Position numbers and translations under genes: made by a program. A stretch of 63,929 nt of DNA, counting the filler, from Welwitschia mirabilis (lineage: Eukaryota): the NCBI GenBank assembly GCA_051453625.1. It is 8 parts of one record of this genome, joined end to end, with 100 filler letters (N's around TTAATTAATTAA, not from the genome) between each part and the next. Parts side by side here need not be neighbours in the genome. Positions count along the whole stretch, not along the records: positions 26,524 to 34,198 come from JBOZIK010000001.1; positions 34,299 to 39,385 come from JBOZIK010000001.1; 6 more parts are not named here. One strand, given 5' to 3'. Numbering within the stretch: the first letter of the stretch is position 1; the number at the start of each line of letters is the position of its first letter. This document shows positions 28,080 through 39,485 of the stretch, one piece after another. The notes under the pieces are model-generated. The model ran no database searches and was not told the origin of the DNA. It worked only from the letters and a program-made list of their open reading frames with translations.

Positions 28080-30839
28080 TGTATGGATATCATCTTTTTA
28101 TTTTNNNNNNNNNNNNNNNNNNNNNNNNNNNNNNNNNNNNNNNNNNNNNNNNNNNNNNNNNNNNNNNNNNNNNNNNNNNNNNNNNNNNNNNNNNNNNNNN
28201 NNNNNNNNNNNNNNNNNNNNNNNNNNNNNNNNNNNNNNNNNNNNNNNNNNNNNNNNNNNNNNNNNNNNNNNNNNNNNNNNNNNNNNNNNNNNNNNNNNNN
28301 NNNNNNNNNNNNNNNNNNNNNNNNNNNNNNNNNNNNNNNNNNNNNNNNNNNNNNNNNNNNNNNNNNNNNNNNNNNNNNNNNNNNNNNNNNNNNNNNNNNN
28401 NNNNNNNNNNNNNNNNNNNNNNNNNNNNNNNNNNNNNNNNNNNNNNNNNNNNNNNNNNNNNNNNNNNNNNNNNNNNNNNNNNNNNNNNNNNNNNNNNNNN
28501 NNNNNNNNNNNNNNNNNNNNNNNNNNNNNNNNNNNNNNNNNNNNNNNNNNNNNNNNNNNNNNNNNNNNNNNNNNNNNNNNNNNNNNNNNNNNNNNNNNNN
28601 NNNNNNNNNNNNNNNNNNNNNNNNNNNNNNNNNNNNNNNNNNNNNNNNNNNNNNNNNNNNNNNNNNNNNNNNNNNNNNNNNNNNNNNNNNNNNNNNNNNN
28701 NNNNNNNNNNNNNNNNNNNNNNNNNNNNNNNNNNNNNNNNNNNNNNNNNNNNNNNNNNNNNNNNNNNNNNNNNNNNNNNNNNNNNNNNNNNNNNNNNNNN
28801 NNNNNNNNNNNNNNNNNNNNNNNNNNNNNNNNNNNNNNNNNNNNNNNNNNNNNNNNNNNNNNNNNNNNNNNNNNNNNNNNNNNNNNNNNNNNNNNNNNNN
28901 NNNNNNNNNNNNNNNNNNNNNNNNNNNNNNNNNNNNNNNNNNNNNNNNNNNNNNNNNNNNNNNNNNNNNNNNNNNNNNNNNNNNNNNNNNNNNNNNNNNN
29001 NNNNNNNNNNNNNNNNNNNNNNNNNNTAAGTTGGCATTGCAACATGTATGGATATCATCTTTTTATTTTGCAAGGGATAAACTTTAGGAAATCCATGTCT
29101 TATCAACCTAATAATCAATATTGTAGATATCTCAGTGCCATAGCTTAACCTCATCTATCAAAAGAACCCATTAGAAGAATTTAGTGAGAAACATAAAGAA
29201 CCTACAGTACCAAGTAAGGAAACAAGTAGGAGGAGGTGATAGATGTAGAGATCATGTTTCACNNNNNNNNNNNNNNNNNNNNNNNNNNNNNNNNNNNNNN
29301 NNNNNNNNNNNNNNNNNNNNNNNNNNNNNNNNNNNNNNNNNNNNNGAGAGAGAGAGAGAGACTGAAGGTAATTGAAAAAATGGTTGAATAGATTAGAAGA
29401 AACTTTATAAGGCTAAAGAAACACAGATCTACAGCAAGTAAAGAAGAGGAACTAGTAGAGAGATAGAAATCCATGAGGACTTCTACATGGTTAGAATCAA
29501 AGGAAGAGTCAAATGTAGATAAAGAAGAAGGACCATCAACTCCATTTGGCATAAAATATGACTTGGGTAGGGCAATAGCTAGTGAGGCTTCAAAGGTGTC
29601 TTCTAGAGATTAGGCACAAGCTTAAGGGGAGTACTAAAATCTCATAGGAACATGTGTACAGGGAAGTCATAGGCTCTAGATCCTTCTTAGAAGAGGCCAG
29701 CACTATAGGAGATAGATACTAAGAACTTAAATGCTTCACCTCTTATCTTTTATCTTCCTCATTGCAAGATTTCATTCCACTTCCTACATAGCCACCATTA
29801 CTACCTAAATCCTCTTCACAATCATATGAACCTACTTTCTCTCTAGGTCATCCATCATTACCACTTCTTTACACTTTGAGCTCATTTAAATAAAACCACT
29901 ATCATCCATTCAGGTTTCATCCACCTTCATAGAGACCGCCATCAAAGTTTCTTTGGCATCTCTATCACTCATCAAATGTATTAGCATATGAGAAGATAGA
30001 TATTTGAAGGCCTTGGTAAGACATGATAACATTCCTCTAGGAAGAGGCATACACCATCTCCCATCTCATCATCATCATACACACAACCCACCTTCATCAC
30101 CCATAGTAATGACAATAGTGATAAAGAATGCTAAGGTGAGTAGTACAAAACTAATTTAGATCTTTATGATTAGATCCTTATATTAATGTCAAAAAATAGG
30201 GATAAGTATATGACAAATCAATGGCAGATCAATGGGATACTTTACCTTTGAGGTTGAGGACACTCTGTTGGAATTGTAACTCTTAATTATGAGATCTGAG
30301 ATTGGATTCAAGAGTTTCATAATTGTATCAATGATCCCTTCATAACATGTTTACATACATTCATGTTGTTTAACACTTTTTAATGTTATGCTTATTATTA
30401 CATGTATTGTGTTTGGCATATTTATCATTCTTCTCTTATGCTTTCATTGGCACACTTTTACATATAAAATATTCTAATTATTTGATGATCTATATATTTT
30501 CATATGATGTTAGCATAACTTCCATTGGTTATGATATAGTGATTAGCACATAATTTAGCTTCATGCTCTAAAAATGACACATTTCCACTAGTATGTTACA
30601 ATTAGGAGGTTATCAAATGTTTATATACTCTAATTTTTATACACAGGTGAATGGAAAATACATTAATTTATCATCTATGTTTGTGTCCTTTTGCAAATTC
30701 CTCTAAATGATTTTGATTTCAAGGGTACATATCATGATTATTGTAATGAGTTATCATATGCATTCCTAGAATAAAATTTTTGTTTCAATTAATTAGTTAA
30801 GTTTATACTAATGAGATTTTTTATGTTTTGGACATCATT

Positions 30840-30851
30840 AAAAAGGGGGAG
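30840..30851 (+). promoter_or_regulatory. Polypurine tract of the SIRE-like element
   Basis: AAAAAGGGGGAG followed by AT and the 3' LTR start, the typical Sirevirus PPT-LTR junction. Confidence 0.85.
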
Positions 30852-30853
30852 AT

Positions 30854-32205
30854 TCTTGGAAAATCTAGTTTTGATGATTTCACTTGTTAAACATTTTGTG
30901 TCATTGTGTAGATAGGTTATTACTAGTAAATAAGATCTTGAAAGGTACTAGATCATGATGGATCTTCAAAGGAAATATCTCGTAAAAAGGATTAGATTCC
31001 AAACTACAAAATCAATTGTTTAAAGACGTTTAAAAAATTGAAGATGTCTTGAACGAAGACATCTAGAAAAATGAAGATGTCTAGAATGTACTAAACTAAA
31101 ATAGGTAATGGAGTAAATTCAATTTTGACTAATATCTTATGTTTTATATAAGCAATTAACTTGTACATCGTGGATTTATGATCACAAAGGTTCAAGGATA
31201 CTATTATGTAAAATTCATCAAAATCTGGGTAAGTTGACTCAAGACGTCTAAAAACATGAAAACATCTAGAATGAAGACATCTAAAAAATTTAAGAAGTTT
31301 TAAACCAAATTTCACATCAATTAAAAGCAAAATTACATGCCTGACACATAGATGTTCACTATCTATTGCAGGGTGGTTATAGAATCAAACATTTACATTT
31401 TAAGCTTAAACAGGTAGATCTTCTTCAGCCCTATAAATCATCAACATCTCAAAATAAAGAATAACGTTTAGCACTTCACTGAATAAATTAAAAATACAGA
31501 TCTTCAAAAGTGCAACTTAAGGAAATCTCTCATGAAGAAATCAAAGGATCCATTAGTAAGGAGCTAACATTGTTTCCATCACTTGGATTTGGATCTTCAT
31601 TGCTTCATTCTTCATTCATGCTTATAACAACAACAATAACTTCAAGGATCTTACATCTTCATCAAAGCAAATCTTTAGGCTTCTTGTCATGTCATGTTAT
31701 TTGGTTTATATTGTGGACTATCTTATTGTTAAATACTATTGTAGAGTTCATTTCTTGAAATTTCAAATACTTTATAAGGTAATCCTTATAAGATGTACAT
31801 TAGTTATTGTGCTTTTAGGTACTTGTTGAATTTAAGGTTATTGGTTAGCTAGAAAACCATTATTCCCTTGTCGGGGAGACAGTGCTACCTTGCAAGGAGA
31901 CTCTCATTATTATAAAGGTTCATGGTGTGCTTGTGAAAAGCTTTATTCCCTTATAGGGAAGGAAGTGTTTTCTTATGAGGAGACTCTCATTTGTTATAAG
32001 ATTGGTGGTGCACCAGAAAACCACTATTTCTTGTAGGTCAAGAATATTTAAAGGTGTGAGTAGAAGTTACCCTTTATGTGTAAACATACCTAGGTTGGGG
32101 AACCACATTATTTGGTAAGGTTTTTTTATTGTGCTTTTTATTGTGTTTAATTTTTATTTGGTGGAATTCATTCATCCCTCCCCTGTAAGTTCAAATTGAT
32201 TCTCA
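30854..32205 (+). repeat. SIRE-like 3' LTR (about 1350 bp)
   Basis: Follows the PPT and equals the two halves of the split 5' LTR joined together. Ends TCTCA, followed by the TSD. Confidence 0.9.
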
Positions 32206-35200
32206 TTCTTTCTTTTATTTTTAGTTTTTCCTTAATAACTTTTTTAGCTATTTCATTTATTATCTTTTGTTTAAGATCTCTAAATCCTAAATATTTACTT
32301 TTTNNNNNNNNNNNNNNNNNNNNNNNNNNNNNNNNNNNNNNNNNNNNNNNNNNNNNNNNNNNNNNNNNNNNNNNNNNNNNNNNNNTTAATCTATCATCAA
32401 TATCACTTTTAAAGGTTTTATATCAATGAGGTAATGGTGGTGTTTCTATTTTCTTACTCAACTATTGATCACTCAAATATTAATTTTTCTTAATAAATGG
32501 TCTTCCTAATAATACTAGTTTTTAATTGTTATTTTTATCCTAAATGGTATAATTGCAATATATTTAATACTCAAACTATGTAAATATTGTTTTCTTATGT
32601 GATTAAAGATAACTTAAATAAATAATTTATGTCAAATTTTCTATGTACATATTTACAAGATTTAGAGGGGAATTTACCACTAGAAATCCTAATTTAAATC
32701 TCTCTCAACTTTAAAGAGAAATTTATATAATGTTCTAGTAATTCTTTTGAAAACATAAGTAAAAAGCTTTGAATAATGTTCAAAGTTATTTCTTTTAGAA
32801 ACAACAAAAGTAATTTATCGAAAAAAAAACACACACTTTTTATTTTAGAAAAGAGGTCATTTATGTAGAATTTGTAGCTTCTAAATAGAAATAAATAACC
32901 GAATTTTTATAACTTATTAGGTTATAATACTAAAAAGCTACCAAAAAATAGAGAAATTATTTTCCCATCTTACTAAGATGAGATTATTACCAAGTATTTA
33001 AATTCATTCAGCAAAATCTCAAAAAGCAATACTCCTATGTTAACTACTCTTCTAATTACATTAAGCATAACTTCATTGTATAAAAAGTCCTTTTCAAGAA
33101 CTTGAAAATATCTTTGCACATGTTAAAATATTTCCCTCTATATCTATTTAACAACTTAAAACTAATTTTAATAGTTATAATTTATTTAGGACCATGTCCC
33201 ATGTTTTTTTCTTTATTTATCTTTGCATTTTTCTTTTTCACTTATGATTCATAACAATTTTCTTTTAGTTTATTTTTAATAAGAATAATATCAATCCATG
33301 TTAAAATTATAATCACACAATCAATAAATGCATATTTTAGACTATAGGACTGTCATCCTTTAATGTAATTATCTAGATGGATAATAATGTTCTTCTCTTT
33401 AAATATTTTATTTTTCACTTTTTAAAAGGTTTTGATGTTTAATAAAATAAAATGATTTTTTAATTAAAATTATTCACTTAATAGTAAAGGAATTTCAGTT
33501 ATTCAAAATTATTAATAAGGACATACGTATACACTAAATAGTAATTTAGAAAGAAGTAGATACATGCACGATTCATAGCTTTCATATTTTCTCTAATTAT
33601 AAGTGAAGGATAATTACCCTTAATCAATCTTGAGTTTAAATTTCTAAAATTAATATGTAAGTAAATCAATCTAAATTTCTTTCTAACATGTAGTAATTTC
33701 AATATTCATTTTGAATTTTTATCTGTGTACATATTTTTAATTTCAAAGTTTTGCTAATTTTATTATTTAATAAGGATTCTATTGTAGATTTAATGCTTTT
33801 AGATATTTTATACATGTCTTGATATCTAATACAAATGAAATATAAAAAAAGTGAATTTATATACATATTTACTAATTATTTTTATGATTTAAAATCAGGT
33901 TGAAAATTTAATAATGATAAACATAATATTAGAATAATTACTAGCACATGCAAGACTTGGACGTGGCTCCTAGTTTTGTAGGTGTTACAAAAGGGTTTTA
34001 TTCAATCACGAAAACTAGCAACGATAGTAAGTGTAACATGTTTCTAAGAATCATCTTCTTCATTAATTTAAATAATAATAATTATAGTTTAAAAAAATGA
34101 AAAAGGGAGATAATGAGAATAGTCTTATAATCAAACTAAATTTTTGTATTGAAGTTTATTTATTAGATATGGCCTCTTTACATAAGTAATTACATATCNN
34201 NNNNNNNNNNNNNNNNNNNNNNNNNNNNNNNNNNNNNNNNNNTTAATTAATTAANNNNNNNNNNNNNNNNNNNNNNNNNNNNNNNNNNNNNNNNNNNNAT
34301 GGTTAAGTAATAATTGTGTTTTCTAATTATTTTAAATCTTATAATGTGTTAATGGAGTCTAAATAGGATTTGATCTTAGGTTCCCTTGTGCATGTTAGTT
34401 ATTAATACTAGAAAAGAAAATATTATGGTTAATTAGGGTAATTAAAGTTGGGGTGTTACACCATGGCCTTATAATGGGCCAAAAAAGGCATCCACAAGTT
34501 TCAACCCACATATTCTTAAATGAAAGAGAAAACTAACATTGCATGCAAACCATAAAGTAAGACTAGACTCTAGTTTGAAAAATTTAAAGAAGTCTACTTG
34601 ATACTATAATGCAATAAGAATTTTCATTTAGATGTCATATGTAGAATAGAGAAATTAAGAAAAGGATGTATTAGGCTAACAAAAAGGCAAGTAAAAAAAT
34701 GGTTAATATATAACCTTGTGTACTGTCTTGTAAGAGTATGTAAGACCATTAGAGATAACATAGCATGAATAGTTTAGTTTCTAAGTAAATGGTAGAAAAA
34801 TTATATTTGGATTATACTCCTTATGTAAATTCTTCTAAAGGGATGTAATATGACCTTGAAATTTCATGATTGGTATTTTTCAAAGAATTAAGAGAAGTAA
34901 CAAATTGTTATGTAGGAGTTTTGTTAATGCTATGTTATTAAGAAAATTATTAGCAAAAATATACATTCAATTATTTTTTTACCATATGCTTCTCTCTTAA
35001 GAAAGTTAGCATATAGAAAAATTTCTAAACATAAAGATAAGAAAAGAAGTGGAGGATCATATTTTCCTTTATTGGTGTTTACACTTTTTAAAGATAAAGT
35101 TAATGTTATTTATACTTTTCTAAAAACAAAGTCAAGAAAACACGACTTTCTAAAAATAAAGTTAAGAAAATAAGTAGAGTATTAAAAAAAAAAAAAAGGA

Positions 35201-36493
35201 AGTAAAGGATCCATATTTCACTTTAATGGTATTTACAATTTTCTAAGGATAAAGACAGGAAAATAAGTGGAGGATTCGTATTTCATTTTAATGGTGCACT
35301 TAAGAATCACGATGATAAAATTCTATGTCTAATTCATGAGCCATAACAACATCATCATAAAATGTCAGTCTTCTGTATGGTATATGAATGTTATTCTTGT
35401 TAGTTTAATTGGTTCACATTTTGGAAAGCTAATTTTAAAGAGTAAATAGTAATTTATCAAGAGAGATAAGGGAATAAATGAAATACTACTTTGAAAATTG
35501 TTGTAGTTAAACAAATAAATGAGTATTTTAAGTATTCTAATATTGGCAAAGCGCTAGACATTTACATTTAAAAAATATTACCTTAAATGGTAATACCTAA
35601 TAAAACTTCAAAGATATATAGTATACATGATAAAGGTTTCATTATTAGAGGTTATGGGTTTAAGTCTATTATCATCACATTTAAGTGGAAAAATACATTT
35701 AAAGCTTGCCTGGTAAATGTTGTCGATTCAACATTTCCAAAAGCTATGATAATGTGTATGCTTAGCTAGTATGCACTCTGTAAAGTAGTCTACTTAAAAA
35801 AGTCATCAATAAAATATTACCCTTTATATACTCCATTAAAGTGTAATGAATAAAGCTCTCGAATGGAGAAAATGCTTCCTAAATAAAGTAAAAGTTGAAA
35901 GAAAGAGTTACATAGATGAGAATAATAACACTAAGAATATTTGTTTTTGGTACAACAAAGAGGCAACAAAAAATTCTCGAAGACCACAAGCATCTACTAA
36001 TAGAACCACAATAAAGTAATAAAGAAAATAAAAGTTACATTAAAAAGTTGGACATCATCAAAATATTAAACCATTAATCCAATGTAAAGAAAAGGGTCGA
36101 GATCAGTAAGAATCATCAAAACACCAAACATCTAATCACAAAAGCATCCCAAATATCTTTCTAAAATTACGGACATCGTTAACCCAGAGTTGGATTCAAG
36201 TGGAGGTACTCCGAAGCAACGCCCGAATGCGTTCAGGGATGGAGGCTCAGCAAAGCAGAAACAGAAAAGGTACGAGCGTGATTCCGTCAATGAACTTTCT
36301 GCGGAAATATCAATATGAACATCCAGAGTTGCACAATTTCAGAGAGTCGAGTACAGGGATGCCCACGTTACCATCATTTATTATTGCAGTCTCTCTGTTG
36401 TTTTCTCACCCCCACTTTCTCAGAAATTCAGACGAAGAGCCACGGAAAGATCCTGCAAAATCTTTCTTCACAAAAAATCTCCTCATTACACAC

Positions 36494-36604
36494 TATAAGT
36501 AAACTCTCGCGGCGTCTCCCGATCAACAGCAAAACCATTTCGGGTCTCTGCAAGTCCCATTTCTTACTCAAATCCCCTTCTCTACAGCTCTTCTTTCTTA
36601 CTCA
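36494..36604 (+). promoter_or_regulatory. Possible TATA-like box and CT-rich 5' leader of DRP4-like copy 1
   Basis: TATAAGTAAA at 36494, then CpG-retaining, pyrimidine-rich sequence just before the gap that probably hides the start codon. Confidence 0.3.
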
Positions 36605-36870
36605 NNNNNNNNNNNNNNNNNNNNNNNNNNNNNNNNNNNNNNNNNNNNNNNNNNNNNNNNNNNNNNNNNNNNNNNNNNNNNNNNNNNNNNNNNNNNNNNN
36701 NNNNNNNNNNNNNNNNNNNNNNNNNNNNNNNNNNNNNNNNNNNNNNNNNNNNNNNNNNNNNNNNNNNNNNNNNNNNNNNNNNNNNNNNNNNNNNNNNNNN
36801 NNNNNNNNNNNNNNNNNNNNNNNNNNNNNNNNNNNNNNNNNNNNNNNNNNNNNNNNNNNNNNNNNNNNNN

Positions 36871-38780
36871 CTGATACGACTTTTCCAGGGGCTGCGCAAT
36901 CTCGACGTCGTTAGTGAAGGAATCGATCTCCCTGCAATTGTCGTTGTGGGGGATCAATCCAGCGGCAAATCGAGCGTTCTGGAGTCTCTGGCCTCCGTGA
37001 ACCTTCCCAAAGGGCAGGAAATTTGCACAAGGGTTCCCCTTGTTCTCAGGTTGCAGAGCTGCAGCGACCTTTTCGCTCAACTGCATCAAGATTTCCTATC
37101 TCGACCGCGCCGAGAAAATCATTGAGGGATCGGAAATCACTAAACAAATCAGTCTCGCAACGGAGGCAATTGCAGGCAGAGGAAAAGGCATCAGTTACAG
37201 GCACATAAACCTGCACATCACCAGAAAGGAGTCTCCGGATCTTATTGACCTCCCAAGAATCACCAGAGTGCCTCTCGCAGACCAACCGGGGAACATTTAT
37301 GAGCAGATAAAGGAGATCNNNNNNNNNNATTCTCAACGTCCTGTCTGCAGCCGCGGATTTCTCGACCTGCGAGTCGATTCTAATGTCGAAACAGGTCGAC
37401 GAGACTGGAGAAAGAACTCTCGCAGTGGTAACCAAATGCGATAACAAAGCGGTCGGGTTCCGAGAGAAGGTCAGTGCGAATATCGTAAACATCGGCCATG
37501 GGTATATCTGCGTGCGGAACTGTCTTGACGGGGAAACTATGGCAGAGGCGCGGAGAAGAGAAAAAGCGNNNNNNNNNNNNNNNNNNNNNNNNNNNNNNNN
37601 NNNNNNNNNNNNNNNNNNNNNNNNNNNNNNNNNNNNNNNNNNNNNNNNNNNNNNNNNNNNNNNNNNNNNNNNNNNNNNNNNNNNNNNNNNNNNNNNNNNN
37701 NNNNNNNNNNNNNNNNNNNNNNNNNNNNNNNNNNNNNNNNNNNNNNNNNNNNNNNNNNNNNNNNNNNNNNNNNNNNNNNNNNNNNNNNNNNNNNNNNNNN
37801 NNNNNNNNNNNNNNNNNNNNNNNNNNNNNNNNNNNNNNNNNNNNNNNNNNNNNNNNNNNNNNNNNNNNNNNNNNNNNNNNNNNNNNNNNNNNNNNNNNNN
37901 NNNNNNNNNNNNNNNNNNNNNNNNNNNNNNNNNNNNNNNNNNNNNNNNNNNNNNNNNNNNNNNNNNNNNNNNNNNNNNNNNNNNNNNNNNNNNNNNNNNN
38001 NNNNNNNNNNNNNNNNNNNNNNNNNNNNNNNNNNNNNNNNNNNNNNNNNNNNNNGGTGTTTCAGATGCGGCGGAGGAACTGGTTTCCAGTGCCTGGAACT
38101 GCGTTGAAACCGCACTCCATCGCGTCGCGAAAAGCTATTACGAGGGCTATCCGTTTCTGTTAGCAAGCGTGCAGGGAACAGTAGTAGAAATGGTTCACAA
38201 AAAGAAGAAAGAATGCCTGGAACGAGTTAGCGAAGTGCTGGAGATGGAAAAGGCACTGGATTTTACGGAGAATCCGCTGTATAGAGAAACTCTGGCACAC
38301 TTGCTCCAGTCCAAGACAAATTTTTTGCAGTGTGTTCGCACAGAATCCGAGCCGTCGGTTGTGCAAGTCGATGGGCTGGGCGAGGTCGATGTCTCGTTTG
38401 CGCGGTCTCTCTCTGCACATCGGCTGGATTCTGGGTATGATATGTTGGTGAGCGTTACTGCGTATTGGCAGGTCGTTATACTCCGTCTGGGCGATAATTT
38501 GCCAATGATTTTGCAGTTCTCTGTAAGGAATTTAGTTAATTCCGAGTTTCGCCATCAGTTGCAAGAGAAGATTCCTGATGAGCTGCTGAAGTTGATGGCC
38601 GAAAGCCCTATTCTTTCTCATAAGCGGAGCGCACTTACGCGCAGTATTCGGACGTTGCAGGAAGCAAAGATGACTGTGTCTTACATTTCCGTCAACCGCG
38701 ATGTCGTTGATGACGGTCAACTATGTGTGAACCAGGGACTTCAGCTTGCGGTTGACGTGGACTCCGCGTGGGTTTTTTGA
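36871..38780 (+). CDS. DRP4: Dynamin-related protein 4-like (Mx-like large GTPase), copy 1; start probably in the gap; possibly a young pseudogene
   Basis: The frame from 36871 reads [55 protein letters not shown] (G1, G2). It continues [10 protein letters not shown] (G3 altered), [38 protein letters not shown] (G4) and GHGYICVRN, then a stalk/GED region [22 protein letters not shown]. Stop TGA at 38778. No intron visible in the read parts. +1 frameshift near 37070. Confidence 0.88.
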
Positions 38781-39485
38781 GTGTTTCCGATCACCTTTAC
38801 CTCCATCATACCATATAGCCATGATATCAGTGCCCCTTTTGATGTAGGAGCATCTTTAAAAAATAAATTAAAATGATTTNNNNNNNNNNNNNNNNNNNNN
38901 NNNNNNNNNNNNNNNNNNNNNNNNNNNNNNNNNNNNNNNNNNNNNNNNNNNNNNNNNNNNNNNNNNNNNNNNNNNNNNNNNNNNNNNNNNNNNNNNNNNN
39001 NNNNNNNNNNNNNNNNNNNNNNNNNNNNNNNNNNNNNNNNNNNNNNNNNNNNNNNNNNNNNNNNNNNNNNNNNNNNNNNNNNNNNNNNNNNNNNNNNNNN
39101 NNNNNNNNNNNNNNNNNNAAATAAGAGTGAGTGGTGAGATGAATAGTATGCTTTAAAAGTTGGGAGTTAAGAATGGAGAAGGGAAAGATCTTAGAGTTGG
39201 GAGCTATAGAGAAGCTCTTTTTTGGAGACTTTAGGAGAAGGTCCCTTAAGCGAGATTTTCGCTTACTTAAATTTTATCTTGAAGAATGTCAAGCATCAAA
39301 GTAATTAAAGTGACAAAGTTAGGATGATTATTTTAAAGCCCATTATTAAGGAGAGCTCCCAAAATCTCTACTCGATCAGATCTTANNNNNNNNNNNNNNN
39401 NNNNNNNNNNNNNNNNNNNNNNNNNNNNNTTAATTAATTAANNNNNNNNNNNNNNNNNNNNNNNNNNNNNNNNNNNNNNNNNNNN

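Larger units (their letters stand above)
9283..32205 (+). mobile_element. SIRE/Maximus-like Ty1/copia element with nested insertions; no pol visible
   Basis: The 5' LTR (split: 9283-10419 plus 21685-22385) matches the 3' LTR at 30854-32205. tRNA-Met PBS at 22388, PPT AAAAAGGGGGAG at 30840, and an identical 5-bp TSD TTCTT at 9278-9282 and 32206-32210. Gag begins MEGVPSIRPPLYNGINY. Confidence 0.85.

Noticed and set aside
28062..29070. Direct repeat of about 43 nt flanking the 28105-29025 gap
   Set aside because: Identical contig ends on both sides of a gap, most likely an unmerged overlap.
34032..34460. Possible solo LTR TGTAAC..GGGTGTTACA
   Set aside because: It spans an artificial linker and the flanks GTAAG and CCATG do not form a TSD.
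36296..36426. TTC-N3/4-GAA motifs resembling animal STAT (GAS) sites upstream of an Mx-like gene
   Set aside because: Short motifs expected by chance, and plants lack interferon/JAK-STAT signalling.
36200..36502. 100-aa ORF upstream of DRP4 copy 1
   Set aside because: GTG start and no recognisable domain; it lies in the presumed promoter, where higher GC lengthens chance ORFs.
36871..36888. Possible intron acceptor (ctgatacgacttttccag) at the start of the visible DRP4 sequence
   Set aside because: It is also open in frame, and any donor would lie in the gap; undecidable from this sequence.
36598..38720. Minus-strand ORFs overlapping DRP4 copy 1
   Set aside because: Antisense shadows of a GC-rich coding region, with no domain similarity.
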